64,000 bases of DNA from Podarcis gaigeae (taxonomy: Eukaryota): NCBI GenBank assembly GCA_964106915.2, contig OZ066917.1, one strand, 5' to 3'. Below the pieces are notes generated by a model. It saw only the letters and a program-made list of their open reading frames with translations, did not search any database and was not told the DNA's origin. The translations under genes and the position numbers were made by a program. Every line of letters begins with the position of its first letter. Position 1 is the first letter of the stretch. This document shows, in pieces, positions 23,346 to 36,935 of the stretch.

Positions 23346-26109
23346 GACTTCACTGGTTTTTATGTTGTGCCTCTACTAGAATTTAATGCCAACATCTATT
23401 TTGCAACACACAAACTGTATATGAAGCGATTCTTGACATTATCTTTTTCGGAGGGGTGGGGGGCTTGATCTAGTTCACTACAGGGATGACAGGCCTGTAT
23501 TCCCCACTCTCCCCCTGTGGTGCACAGGGACAGGCCCATACTTATTTTGTACATTTATATACTGGAACACAAATGTCATACAAGGGGTTCTTAGGATCTC
23601 TGCCATCCATTCAGTAACCACATCCAGACCTGCTTTGCTTCCAGGCCATCCTCTCACTCAAGAGGGCATGAACTCAGAGCTCTATTATGCCCTGCTATGG
23701 ATGGGCACTGTGCCCACTGTATATTGAACTGAGCCCTTTTAAAACCAGAGACAGTTTTCTCATGGACTTCAGTGAGAGGTAGATTGCCTGACAGTGCAAG
23801 TTAACTATCCATCTCAGGGAGTTGCCTTTCAAAGCAACACATAGTTAATTTAAAAGAACCTCAACAAGTGGAAACCATGTTCTCTTAGCTCTTCTTCAAG
23901 TTGAATTTACAAGTCAACACCTACAGTGAGTGCAAGATATTTATATGGATGCAGGTCAATCTTTTAAACCTAGTTATTTAAGTACCTTAAGACTTGGTAA
24001 CTACTAATCAGATTTAACTCTGCAAGTTATTTATGTTGTGACATGGATGCTTCTAGACTGTTCTTGGAATCAACAGCTTCATTCTGTGTGGTATTTTCTA
24101 GTTTAAATCCAGGTATGCTATCTTGGAGTCTGAACCAATGTTTTCCTATTTTTTCAGAACATATACATACAGTGCATTGTGGTTATATTCATATGCACCC
24201 CGCCTAATCTGGAGACCTCTTAAACCTACTTTTAACAACAGAGTAGTTGTTTGGTCATTTCAGCAATACCATTTAAAGCTTTTAAAACAAAAAATGCCAT
24301 ATAATGATATAAACCCTTTAAAGATGCGGATGCATTTTATAGATTCAGATCTGAAAATTCCTTTGGGCTTTGTTTCAACTTTTTGACAATAATATGCTAA
24401 TGCAAAAGCATTTCTGGCCGCTCTGGGCTATATCTTTGTGGGAAGTGGAAAAATAGAAAAGGTACATAATCCTGCTGAAACTAAGCACTCCTACGTGAGT
24501 AAAAATGATATAATTGCTCTTAAAATGGTTTTAAAAAATATTGTGTCTCTTGTAATAAAATGGCTTAAACTGAAATCTTATTTTAAGGTTACAATCCTAT
24601 GTCTCCTCATCCAGAATTTATCCTAATACAATCAATGGTGCTTAATTTTGAGTAGACAAGTGCAGAATTTTTTCTTTGACTTTATAACTGGAAAAAATGT
24701 CACTATTAAGCCTTTTAGATGTGATGGCAGCCACCAGAGGTCGAATGGATGGCCTTACTCTATTTTTAAAATTCATACAATTTAAAGTTTTTAATTATTA
24801 TTATAGTCAAACCAAGATTTTAACAGTTTTTATGGAATTCACTTTTATTTTAATATGTCTTCAACTTTGCTTTTTTAAAGTCAACATGTACTTTAATAAT
24901 CCTGTCAGCAACAATGCAGACTTGGCTTTTTGGTTTTTTTTTTACACTACCCTCAGCAACCTTGAACAGTTAGGGATTGGGCAGGGCCAACTATCACCTG
25001 TTTTGGGTACTCTATGCTGGTCAGCAGGCTATTTAAAATTTCCCACCATGCATTGGAGCACTGTGGGAAGTTATAATGACAACCTATTTATATTTCCCAC
25101 AATGCCCTGACACAGTTACTTTAGAAGTTCCAGGACATTGTCGGGAATTAGAAATGGTAGGTCATAGTCATCTGCCACTGGTCTCAAGTAGCACTGGCCT
25201 GGTTGGGAAGCACTGACATGGAAGTTGACCCTCAGAGGGCACTTTGTTGAGAGCATCCCCAAATCTGGAGTTAGTTCAGTTCCTGGGAATTCTTAACTTA
25301 GTCTTCAACTCTCTACAGTTTTCCAACAGTAAGTCCTCTGAAGTAGACATGGATGGGAATGCATCGCGAGGAAAATATCAAAGGAACATGGGGAGCCACT
25401 TCTTGGCAGGCTAGACTATTTCTCCATTTTGTTCAGCATTGTCTACTCTGACAGGCAGTGCTCTCCTGGGTCAAAAGCAGAGGTCTTTCCCATTACCTGG
25501 GATACCTCCTGTATGTAGACCATGTTTACCATCAAGCTGTTGTCCCTCTCCCTAAGCTAGATATGTGAGGTGTGTAGTTTGCAGAATGTCAGCCATGATG
25601 CCATTGCATTCTTTTCTACCTGAATCATTTTTAAGAAGTCAAAGAAAGTGCTTTTAGTTCATTAAGATACTTTTCTGCATACCATGCTAACATTGTTATT
25701 AATGGGTTCAACTAGTAATTGCATCACTAATAGCATAGTAGATATTTCTCACTGAAGTTAGATCTCATGAAACATTCCAACACTGGCTAGAGATGAAACA
25801 GAGATACTTTACTTTATCAGGAGTTTCCATATTTACATTTTTCTAAGCTGCCTTCAATTGTAACAGGCCCCCTCCCTGCTGGCTACTCAGCTTGCTGCTT
25901 GCTACATCCTGTGCAAATCAAATAAATTTTTTCCCTGGCCTTCTGATGATTTTGTCAACCTAGTTACTTGCTTTTTAATTTCCTGTTGTCTTTACTTGAG
26001 AGTAAAAACCTACCTTATATTAGCCAGTGGTTTAGACTACTGCCAATAATGATCAACATCTGCTGCCACTGTAGTCTTATGCTTCAAAAGCCAGAATTTA
26101 ATACACTTA

Positions 26110-26320
26110 GGGCAGTTTCCAACTAACGCATTTTGTCAGTGCAAGGATTTCTGCTGGTGCAATGGAACTTCCCTCCCCCATTCACATGTGTTTTGGACCT
26201 CCCCAAATCTGCTCTATAGAAAACCCAATAACAGATTTAGGGGATGCATAGGTGGAGGAGAGAGGGAAATCTCCACTGCGCAAGCAGAAATCATTGCACT
26301 GATAGAACATGTTACTACAT
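26110..26320. mobile_element. Old fold-back MITE
   Basis: Long imperfect arms (tcagtgcaaggatttctgctggtgcaatgga / tccactgcgcaagcagaaatcattgcactga); possibly related copy at ~33345-33545. Confidence 0.55.
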
Positions 26321-27131
26321 TGTATAGTTGCAATCCTAATCCATTACTTGGTAAAAAGTCTAATTGAAGTCAACAGCAAATACTTCTGAATAGACATAGT
26401 TAGGCTTGTTCTGTTAGGGAAAAATACGTGGCGTGTTGGCAGCCCTTTTAAAAGAAAGTTCCTAAGCAAATGCTCTTGGTAAGTTTGATTCATAAGAATA
26501 TGGGTGTAAACAAATAGCCAATTAGTCAAGCTTTGGATTAAATGAGAGGTTTGCTATAGAGAAGATGCAATTAGGAATAGCATTTACAGAAAAGATATAA
26601 CTGCAGTATTTTGCCAAATGCTTTGCTACGTTGCCTGGAGAAGATGAAATAACAGGCAGGGTCCAACAGACCCATACTGTTCTTTTTGTTTCAACCTGTT
26701 GCAAAGACTCAGTGAAACTGGGCAGCTTCAGACAAACCACATGCTTCATCCAGGCACCAGAAAGCAGACCTGACTAGTGAAAGAGTGAATGGAACTTTCT
26801 GGGAGACTTTTCACACTTCCATTTTATAGAGGAAGTCAGTAACTATTGGCAAAAGGCATCCACATCTCAGCCAAGTTGGAACAATGAATGCTGACAAGAC
26901 ATCAAAAGGGATGTTAAAATGTGTGTTTTTTTAAAGAGCCAATCGATGCAGGACAATGTTGGTCTTCCACGCCACAAATGTCTAGCATGCGTGAAGGGAA
27001 ATACGAAGGCAGGCAGACAGACATTCCACATCTTGATCTTCCCCAGTATGTGACTGGAAAATGAACTGTACACGCTTCACAAGTAGGGTTAGCCAATCTG
27101 TAAACTTGGCTATTTGAAATGGAGTATAAAA

Positions 27132-27975
27132 AATGTAAGAGCTCTGCTGAATGAAACAAAAGGCCCATCTAGTCCAACACATCAGAGTGGCCAGCCAGAT
27201 GTTTATGGGAAGTACACAAGCAAGACAGCAAGACCCAAGTGTGATAGCAGTGACCATTTGTGATTCCCACCAAGTGGTATTCAGAGGCATACTGCCTGTG
27301 ACAGCATATAGCCCTTATGTCGGGTGGACATTGATAGCCTTATCGTCTATCACATGTCACATCTGCATCATGCACTTAAAGCACATAGCTTCCCTGAAAG
27401 AATCCTGAGAACTGTATCTTGCTAAGGGGGCTGGGAGTTGTAGTTTTGTGTAGGAGTGAACTACAGTGGTACCTCGGGTTAAGTACTTAATTCGTTCTGG
27501 AGGTCTGTTCCTAACCTGAAACTGTTCTTAACCTGAAGCACCACTTTAGCTAATGGGGCCTCCTGCTGCTGCTGTGCCACCGGAGCACAATTTCTGTTCT
27601 CATCCTGAAGCAAAGTTAACCTGAAACACTATTTCTGGGTTAGCAGAGTCTGTAAGCTGAAGCGTATGTAAGCTGAAGCGTATGTAACCTGAAGCGTATG
27701 TAACCCGAGGTACCACTGTATATTTCCCAAGAGTCTTTGGGGGAAGCCAAGTGCTTTAAATATATGGTGTGGGTGTGTCTGATCCTCTTTTAGAGCCATC
27801 CATGTTTATGACCAGTGGCTCCTTTGGGAGTGAGCTCCATAGTTTATCCAAGAGCTGCATGAAGGAGTAATATATTTTGCATGCCTTGAATCTTACAACA
27901 CTCAGCTAGATGGCCTCAGGTTCTAGTATTATGAAAGAGGGAGAAAAAAATTCTATCCTTACTTTCCACACCATA
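27132..27975 (-). mobile_element. CR1 3' fragment interrupted by two nested MITEs
   Basis: CR1-like at 27132-~27345 and ~27779-27975; the two parts are collinear with the other CR1 copies. Confidence 0.6.
27464..27718 (-). mobile_element. MITE family A, copy 4 (nested)
   Basis: Same TIRs, TA TSD, three 16-bp subterminal units. Confidence 0.9.
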
Positions 27976-28367
27976 AATATGGGCTGTGTTAATAGGAGCT
28001 GGATAGGCAAGGTTAGGCAGTCTAGCAATCTGGATGATGTCAGTCACATCTTTGACACCCTATGAAGCTCAGCCAGGTTTCTGGTATTGTAGAGAGGTAT
28101 CATAGGTGCAAGCAATCTTGTTACATCTTCATATTATGCTTCTTCCTAAGTTCCCTCCTTCCCCAGTCAGTTAGACTTCCAGCATCTAGAGTCAATAGAT
28201 AACTGAGCTGAGGCATCAGTTTACCATTTCAGATTAATGATTCACCAGCATAGTATCCTTTTATAAAGCCTGCTCTTCCAGATGCATTTTCCCATAGTGA
28301 GTTGTGTGTTCTTCAAAATGCTTGATTTGTGAGGAAAATGGCATTGTGTACTGTAGATGGCTTATGC

Positions 28368-28504
28368 CAGGCACCCCCAAACTCGGCCCTCCAGCTGTTG
28401 GGGGGACTACAACTCCCATCATCACTAGCTAACAGGACCAGTGGTCATGGATGATGGGAATTGTAGTCCCAAAACAGCTGGAGGGACGCGTTGGGGGGTG
28501 CCTG
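28368..28504. mobile_element. Palindromic hAT MITE (ggactacaactcccatc family)
   Basis: TIRs CAGGCACCCCC / GGGGGTGCCTG, long arms; TSD gcttatgc / gcttacac. Degraded relatives at ~10000-10120, 13590-13710, 18000-18110, 45225-45305, 62950-63045. Confidence 0.85.
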
Positions 28505-28801
28505 GCTTACACTTTCTGAAACTGACAATGACCACAAAGGACACTGTCACCAGCTACTTGTAGCTGCTCGCGTGACCCTACTGATTTGATTTGCTCATTA
28601 CATGAGAGAACACAATGCCAATTGAATGATACTCATGAGGTTCCCCATGTTATTTACACACCTGTGTTGAGGACATTAAAAGGGGTTTTGGTGCATGTTC
28701 AAATTGGTGGCTAGCTGCTCTTGTAGTAGGGGAATGCAAACTGATTATACATGGTTAGGCCTTGCCCAGAGAAATTGCTGGAGGCTCAAGTTTCTTTAAG
28801 G

Positions 28802-29019
28802 CAGAGCTTTCCAAACTGTGTGTCGCAACACATTAGTGTGTCAACTGCAGTGTGTAGGTGTGTTGCACAAACACTCCCCGTGCTGCTCCTGGGGCTGGAA
28901 AGGGTTAGTTTAACCACTAGTTTGCTAGTAAAACTGAATTACTGTGGCACAAAATGATACAAAACTGAATTCCTATATCCAAAAAGTGTGTCAACAACTT
29001 GAAAAGTTTGGAAGCTCTG
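28802..29019. mobile_element. hAT(Charlie-like) MITE
   Basis: TIRs CAGAGCTTTCCAAACT / AGTTTGGAAGCTCTG; perfect 8-bp TSD ctttaagg. Confidence 0.85.
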
Positions 29020-29226
29020 CTTTAAGGCATTCAGAGACAATGTGGCAAATGAGAAATACGCTGCAAGTCAAGTGAAAACAAATAGGTTGCAAAACATTTA
29101 TCTGGCTCTAGTTGCATTTGGGTCTCATCATACCATTGCAACTGAGAAGGTCAATGCAGCTGCAAAAAATTACACATTTGATTAGGAAGGGTAATTTTTT
29201 AAAATTCAGAAGTCAGTTCAAATGTA

Positions 29227-29468
29227 CAGTGGTACCTCGGGTTAAGAACTTAATTCGTTCTGGAGGTCTGTTCTTAATCTGAAACTGTTCTTAACCTGAA
29301 GCTCCACTTTAGCTAATGGGGCCTCCTGCTGCTGCTGCGCCTCCGCTGCATGATTTCTGTTCTCATCCTGAAGCAAAGTTCTTAACCCAAGGTAATATTT
29401 CTGGGTTAGCGGATTCTGTAACCTGAAGCATATGTAACCTGAAGCGTATGTAACCCGAGGTACCACTG
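29227..29468 (-). mobile_element. MITE family A, copy 5
   Basis: Same TIRs, TA TSD. Confidence 0.9.
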
Positions 29469-30489
29469 TAATGGCATCGCCCAGTGATTTGAGGATCTGG
29501 TGATGTGCACTCTTAAAGCCTAGTTCCCACTTAAAGATATTTGCATTTGCGAGCCTTCACGGTTACAGCGGTTTACAAGAAATTTTCAAATCATCAATAA
29601 AAAATGTTAAAAACAATTAAAAACATTTTAAAATAATTAAAACTAACACTAAAAGAGATTAAAACAACAGCTACATGGCTTAATAGGCTTGATTAAACAA
29701 AAAATTCAAGCAAGCACTGAAAATAGAACAGTGAAGGTGCCTTTTTTTGCATTCCTCCTGTTTGGATTTTTGGGTTTTTGTAATTCTGTAAACCTTTGGG
29801 TTCCCTCAAGCCTGTTGCTACAGATCTTCAGGCAGCTGAGTTCACTATTACCCTATTTATGATGTAGATGCATAATAATCACAATTTGTCAATGCGTAGA
29901 AGATAATTATGAACTTTCTGGCAAAAGTGCATTCCTGTGCAAAGGTCCTCAAGCTGTGGTCCATTCAGGTGGTCTGTCTGATTTCAATATTCATATTTAC
30001 TTTTAATTGATTTTTTAATTCCTTGTATGTATTTTATTGTATTATCATTACAATTCTATGGAATACAATAACATAAAGCAGTCAATAAAACACCATTAAA
30101 GACATACGGTATCTACCACAAAACATAACAATTGCTGTAAAAGAATCATTAAGTGGTCTGCCAAGACCAGGAGCAATTTTCAAGTGGTCCATGGGAGAAA
30201 CATTTTGGGAACCACTGTTCTAGTGGCTTTTGAAGTGTTAGCAAGATATGAAAGCAACCTTGAGCAACAGGTTTGCTTGTCCTTCAAATCCTCATCCTTA
30301 GTCATGGCAATATAATAGTGTCGTTGAAAAGATTATCATATCACAAGGAGAGGATTATAGCTTTGAGTGAAGAATGAGCCGCAGGAAGAGCAGAAGAATT
30401 TCCAGCATGCACTGATAATTCAGAGAGCTGAAATGACAGAATAGGTATATAGATACGTGTTTATTTATTACATTAACACATCTTTCCTT

Positions 30490-31760
30490 GAAAGAGCTCA
30501 GGGCGGCATCTTCACAACAATTCTGATGTAGGGTTATGCCTCGTGGCTGAATGGGAGTTTTAGCAGAGTCAAAAGCCAGGGTAAAATGGTATGTCTTCAG
30601 CATTCACCAAAAGCTGTACAATGAAGATGCCAGATGTACTTTGGTATAGGGTGGGCACAGTGTTCTACAACTTAGGAGCTGCCCCAGAAAATGTCCTTTT
30701 GCCACCCCCACCCCCCTGAGCTTCTGAGGGCAGTGGAACAATCAGTAGGGCCCCATCTGCTGATCTTACCATCTGAGGGGATCTGTAGGGAAGGAGGCAG
30801 TCTCTCACACATTTAGGGCCTGAATTGTTTAGGTCTTTGAACAGTAACATGAGCACCTTAAGCAGGGATTTTAATGTAAGATTTTAATGGATCTCCAGCC
30901 AGTAATCTGGCTGCTGCATTTTGGACCAGTTGAAGTTTCTGAGTTGTCTTCAAGGACAGCCCCATGTAGAGTGCATTGGAATAATCCAGTCTGGAAGTTA
31001 GCAAAGCATTGAGTACAGTGGCCAAGTCATTTCTGTCCAAAAGCAGTAGTAAGCTGGTGAACCAGCCACAGCTGGAAACAGGTACAGTGGTACCTCGGGT
31101 TACAGACACCTCCGGAACAAATTAAGTTCTTAACCCGAGGTACCACTGTACTCCTAGCCCTGAAGGCCACCTGAGCCTCCAGTGACAGTGCTGAATCCAG
31201 CAGCATCACCAAGCTGTGGACCTGTTCCTTCCAGGGGAGTACAACCCCATCCAGTGTAGGCCTTCTTCCCACCTTCCAGATGGGAGACATAACAACACCT
31301 CTTTCTTTTCATGATTCAGCTTCAGTTTACTGGCTCACATCCATCCCACTATTCCTCAAGCACAGGTCTAACACCTCAAGCTTCTCCCAGTTAACATGGA
31401 ATGGAGAGATAGAGCTGGATGTCATCAGCATACTGAGGGCACTTCACTCCAGATCTCCTGATGACTGCTCTCAGAGGCTTCACATAGATGTTAAATAGCA
31501 TGGAGGACAAGACAGAACCCTGTGGGACACCACAGGACAACTCCCACGACTGCTTTCTGGAGCAGTACCACAGAAGCACAGTGCCTGCAACCCCAACCTC
31601 TCTGAGATGCTCCAGAAGGATATGGAGTCAACAGTGTTAAAAGCAGCTGAGGAGACAGAACAGTGTCACATTACCACCATCTCTCTCCCAAATGTCATCA
31701 ACAAGGGCAATCAGGGCAGTTTCAGTGCCAAGACCAGCCTTGAAGCCAGACTGAAATAGT
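30490..31760 (-). mobile_element. Old, frameshifted L2 LINE RT fragment
   Basis: ORF pieces CGVPQGSVLSSMLFNIY...QYADDIQLY and SRLDYSNALYMGL...LQLVQNAAARLL; homologous to the young L2 at 53801-55703. Confidence 0.85.
31085..31148 (+). mobile_element. 64-bp internally deleted MITE family A, copy 6, inside the old L2
   Basis: Both TIRs intact, TA TSD; L2 sequence resumes on each side. Confidence 0.9.
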
Positions 31761-33154
31761 AAGGGGGGCAGATTTCAGCTAGAAATTTTTACAATATATA
31801 ATGTATTCCAGGGAGGATACCTGCAAGTTATTCCCATGGCTAAAATGATAATGTTGGATGGATTACCTAGGAACTGGGATGCTGAGTCTTCAAGGTTGCT
31901 TAGCAAACCTGTGACTGGCATGTGAACAAACTTGTGATTAAATCCTTTGAACATTTTGAACCACTTGGATATCTGCAAATCAAAAATCTCATGATGCATA
32001 GCAGGAAGAGTCTGGAGGATATGTGGGAAATTATATTGCAAAATGCCACGTGAGTGTTTATTGGACTCCCCCAACACATATTTGGTAACCTTTAACAAAG
32101 TTTTGTTTAGCTATTTGCAGGTTACATTTTCGTACATTTGTGGGTATCTTAAGTACCATATTCTGAAAGTAAAGTGAACAGCAACCATCCAAACTAGAAA
32201 TATGCTGTAAAGCAATTAGCAATTAAAACCCTATGTTTGTAATCACCAACTCAGTTTTGCTAAGTAGTCACTGTAACAAATTTGCTGTTAGATAATCATC
32301 ACTGTCTGTTCTTTTTGTATTTTATTTCCCTGCCTCCACACCTCACAGGTATGGACAGAAACTTGCCGATTTAGGATTACACTCATATGATGAAGTAGAC
32401 TGTGACCCATGAAAGCTTATGCATTAATGAATTGTTAAAATTCTCGCCCCCCCCCCAATTGTTTAATGTCTATTCAATGTTTATTTTCATAGACAAAACA
32501 TAGGTATTAGGTACGCAAGTTCTATGATTCTAACCGGTGGTTTCACCCCTTTCACACAAAGCCTGAATGTGGATCCAAACCCTCTTAAAGAAAATGATGA
32601 TGAGCATGCAGTATTGCAGCTACTTCTACTCATCTATGTAAGAGCAGATAAGAAATGTTATCCCCACATTGCAGATGAGGAGCTAAAGCTGAGAGAGAAT
32701 GATTTGCCTACAGATGCCTAGTGAGGTCATGACAAACTTTGAACCAGTGATAATTGACAGCTCGGTCTCTTAGCTACTAGGCTACACTACCTCCCACCTC
32801 TTCCATTAATTTTAGTGGCTGTTGATTATACCACTTGCTTGAGTTCTCCTTCCACTCATTTGTTATTTGTCATATATGATGTTTTTCAGAGTGTTCAAAA
32901 CACTTCATGCACATTATTGCAGCAATTTGTTTTACAGAACATCCCTGTAAAGGGTAGGCCAAAAGCTTTGTCTACATATTGCAGATGGGGAGCTGAGGCT
33001 GAGAGATAAAGCTGCCGAGTGAGGTCAGGGCAGAAATGTGCTTTGAACCAGGAATGGTTCTCTGCTCAGTCTTTCAGCCTACACTAGCTCTCAACTCTTC
33101 CACCAGTTTTAGTGGCTATGGGTTGCACCACTCATTTGTTGTTATCTGCTAAGG

Positions 33155-33290
33155 CAGTGTTTCCCAACCTTGTGCCTCCAGATGTTTTTGGCCTACAACT
33201 CCCATCATCCCTGACCACTGGTCTTGCTAGCTAGGGATGATGGGAGTTGTAGGCCAAAAACATCTGGAGGCACAAGGTTGGGAAACACTG
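33155..33290. mobile_element. Young palindromic hAT MITE
   Basis: Perfect 58-bp inverted arms with a 20-bp loop; perfect TSD tgctaagg. Confidence 0.95.
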
Positions 33291-35177
33291 TGCTAAGGTA
33301 TTCCATCATATGCCTATCATTCGTGGATTTAATTCCTGTGACAAAGATGAAGCACAGTGGGCAGCTACGCTACCACAATGACTTTTAGCTGTGCAGTGCA
33401 ACTTCCCTGCCTCCCCTTTCCCCACAAGTTCCTTAAATCTGTTTTGGAGGGTTGGGGACAGGGGGAAACCCAGACCAGATTTGGAGGGTACAGGGGGTGG
33501 GGAGGGCAAGCAATTTACACTGCACAGCTGAAAGTCATTGTGTTACTGTTTCCTTGACTATTGCCCTTAGATGCCCAGCTGCAATGGACTTCCTTCTGAC
33601 CCTAGAAGGTACCAAGGTACAGAGAGCGGCAAGGACTCTTTCATTAGGACCCCTGGGTATGTCACAATGCTCGTTATTTTGCTTCAGGTTCTGAATAAAA
33701 ATTACTGTGCGGAAAGTGATGACAAAACTCTGTTCAGGCCAAGGATATCCTAGGAACCGTCTCCTCCCTCCAGCCCATCCTCCATACGTATGCATCAGTT
33801 GATGCAATCTCTGCACGGTTGCCAAATCCCTGAGCTCTCTCTTCTTGTTCAACAAACTCTTGGCAAGAAAAACTGCTTCCAATAATGCTGGTCTCAGTGA
33901 AGTAGTCAGCCCTGTTTAACAAGTTTAAGAGAAAAAGGTTGAGAAAGAAATGGAAAGTCAGAGGCCTTCAAAACTAAAGCCTGATATCCGTAATCCTCTA
34001 GGGACTGACATTTTCTTTATATGGTCATGATACAGTAAGACTGCTTGCCAAGTTTCTATCTAGGCTTCTGAGTCAAGTTGGTAGTAGCACAATTCACAGG
34101 AATTCCTCCACTCCTCGCCGCCACCCCAGATGGAAAGCATGCATTTTGCAGAGAGAAAAGCTACTAGGGACAACAGCTGAAAAAAGGGGTGAGCACTCCC
34201 TGTGACTTCAAATCCCTTCACTCAAAAAATACTTTTCTCTTAAAAACAAGTAAAAGACAATCCAGATTTTCTTAACTTACATTCACGTGTAACATCTAGC
34301 TAAGGCCGGAAAAAGGAGCTTAAGAAAACCCTGCTTCTGCACAACACACCTCTATTTTGTTTTGTGACTAACCGATTGTATATTTATTTAGTGACTGAGA
34401 GAAATACTTGGCTAGCTGTAGAACTTCAGGGGTGGTGCCTGAATCAGTTCCTTCTCCTTATGCAGCTATTTAAAGTGGCAGTAATTATTATTTTTAAAGA
34501 CCCCTCCCCCGATAATTTAAAAGGTACTTTTGCACCTGATTTTAATTTCAGTTTTGTTTTGTGCTGTTCAAATTAAGCCTGACAATATACACAATAATGG
34601 ATCTGATAGTGGATTTGTTTCTGAAAAAGCCAAGTTCACATCCTAGAAGAGGCAAGTGTCTTCTGTTCCTTTTCAGGGAAAAGCTATACCACTTATCAAA
34701 TGGTCTGTGTCTGGAAGGGTTCATTAGAAGCTCATGGCATACAGCTATGAATTAGGGGTTTGACTATACATAAGAAACTTGTGAACATAGGAATTTACAT
34801 TTTAAAACCTAAATCGTCTCCCTAAGCTACCTTCTGTCTAGGCCAAGACATAAAAACACTTAAGGCAAGACTGTTTTAGCTACATGTGACATACTAATAG
34901 ATTAGCAGCTGAGAGAGATGGGGGCAGGCCCAAAGGATAGAGGCAGACCAAGAAAAACTACAAGTGCCAAGGAAAGATAGGTGGGAGACCAGGAAGGCTG
35001 TGCAGACACATGCACAGATATGTGCAGAGTGAATGCGTATCTTTCTTCCCCAACGTAGATGTAACTTTCTGTGTACCCACATGACCTTTCTTAGAAATCA
35101 GTTTTAGTGCTTGAAAATGCGTTGACTGCAGTTTCATCAGTGATACACAGCATTTCTTAATTAACCTGGGAGTGCTT

Positions 35178-35567
35178 CAGTGCCGGATTTACATATAAGC
35201 TAAACAAGCTATAGCTTAGGGCCCCATGCTCTTGGAGGCCCCAAAAAAATTTAAAGGAAAAAAACCTGGATGTACATTTCTAAAATATAAGATAAAAAAA
35301 CAAACAAAATAAAACCTACATACAGCAACAGTGTTTTGTGTTGCGTAGGCTCCTATGATGTAAGTAATGGGCCCCACCTGCCAGCCTGCTCCCTAAAATA
35401 TCACTGGTTTGCTCATTTCTATATGTGGCTTTAGATACCTATTAGGTCCATGAATTACAACACTCCACAAAAAACAGTGACAATTTGTTGTTGACAAAGG
35501 ATAGCTGGACAGAAGGCCCCATTGCCTTCAGTAGCTTAGGGCCTCATCAAACCTAAATCTGACCCTG
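35178..35567. mobile_element. hAT-type non-autonomous element
   Basis: TIRs CAGTGCCGGATTTA / TAAATCTGACCCTG; perfect TSD gagtgctt. Confidence 0.85.
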
Positions 35568-36934
35568 GAGTGCTTCCAAACTTCAACCTCTACTTATTTG
35601 CCGCCTAGGGAGTGACCCTGGTGAACACACCAATTCGGCCTGCTCCACATTCTGCCCGTTCATTGCCTTTCTTGAACTCTCAACATTTTCAAACACTTCA
35701 TTCGACACAGCATCTTTGCCACTGTTCGGCACCCTCCAGTTTCATCACTGTTTTCCTAACAGTTTTCTTTAAATCTTGGAACTTGTTTCCCACTTAGTCT
35801 TAATTCATTAATTCATTGTTATCTTAATCCATCTGCTTTTCTAGTGTCTCCCCGCCAGCTCTCCGCCCTGCGCTGTGGCTCCTGCTGCCTGAGGAGGAAC
35901 AGCAAATGGCACCCCACCCTATGTCAAGGTGGAGAGGACCTAAGGCTGGCCAAGTTATTTTGGCACCTTTGACAGAAAATCCCACACATGCCTCTTCCTG
36001 GCAGTAAAAATACAATAAGAATAAAATAAATAAATGTTCAAGTTGTTGCTAGCCTTTCATGACACTCAAAAACTCGCTCTAACGATAGGACTGGCTACAC
36101 TTTTGCTTTCCTGAATGGATTCAGACAGAAATATAATGAATCAGTGTAAGGGACATACACAGGATGGGCATTGTGAGGATGAGATAGTCAGGAGACAAAA
36201 AAGGGAGAGCAAGACAAAAACATAGTGAGGGAGACTGTAATTGCATACGCACCAAATTGCAATTTGCGTACTCACCAAGCGTTTAAAGCACATTCTCCCC
36301 CACCCCCCAAGAATTCTGGGAACAGTAGTTTACCCCTCCGAGAACTACAATTCCCAGCACCCCAAACAAACTTTCCAGGAGTTTGGAGAGGGACAAAATA
36401 GACTGGAAAATAAAAACTCTTTAGCCCAAATCTACCGATGCTGACCTAGTTACTAACAGGCTTTCAGTCTCCTGATAAGTAAAAGAGTAGGTGGTCCATT
36501 GCAGGGTTTTCTGATGATGGGTGATGGGCCCTGAGGTGAGGGACTGGTGGACCCTGGCTGCACACTGCAGCCCATTTTTAAGGGCTCTCTCCCCCATCCT
36601 GGACTGAATGACAGTTGGCATTTTATGGCCAGAGCACAGGCCACGCTTGGCGGATAACTCATGTGACACCTTGCTGGGAGTTGGGAAGATGTAGATAGAC
36701 CCTGGGGGCAGGCAAATAGTGTTTAGCTCTGGTGGAAATGGAAGCCCACCACACCTAGCCTGGGCTCTGGATTCAGGAGCTGGTTGGACTATGCGTTTGC
36801 CTCACTTGAGCAAAATGGAGGGGTAAGAGAGCTGGGCCTTTCTGCATAGTACTAAGTACCAAACTCATATTCCCCAATAGTGTGGTTCCCAGATGTTTTA
36901 TATATATATACGAAATCTACGAAAATCTACGAAA

Positions 36935-36935
36935 G

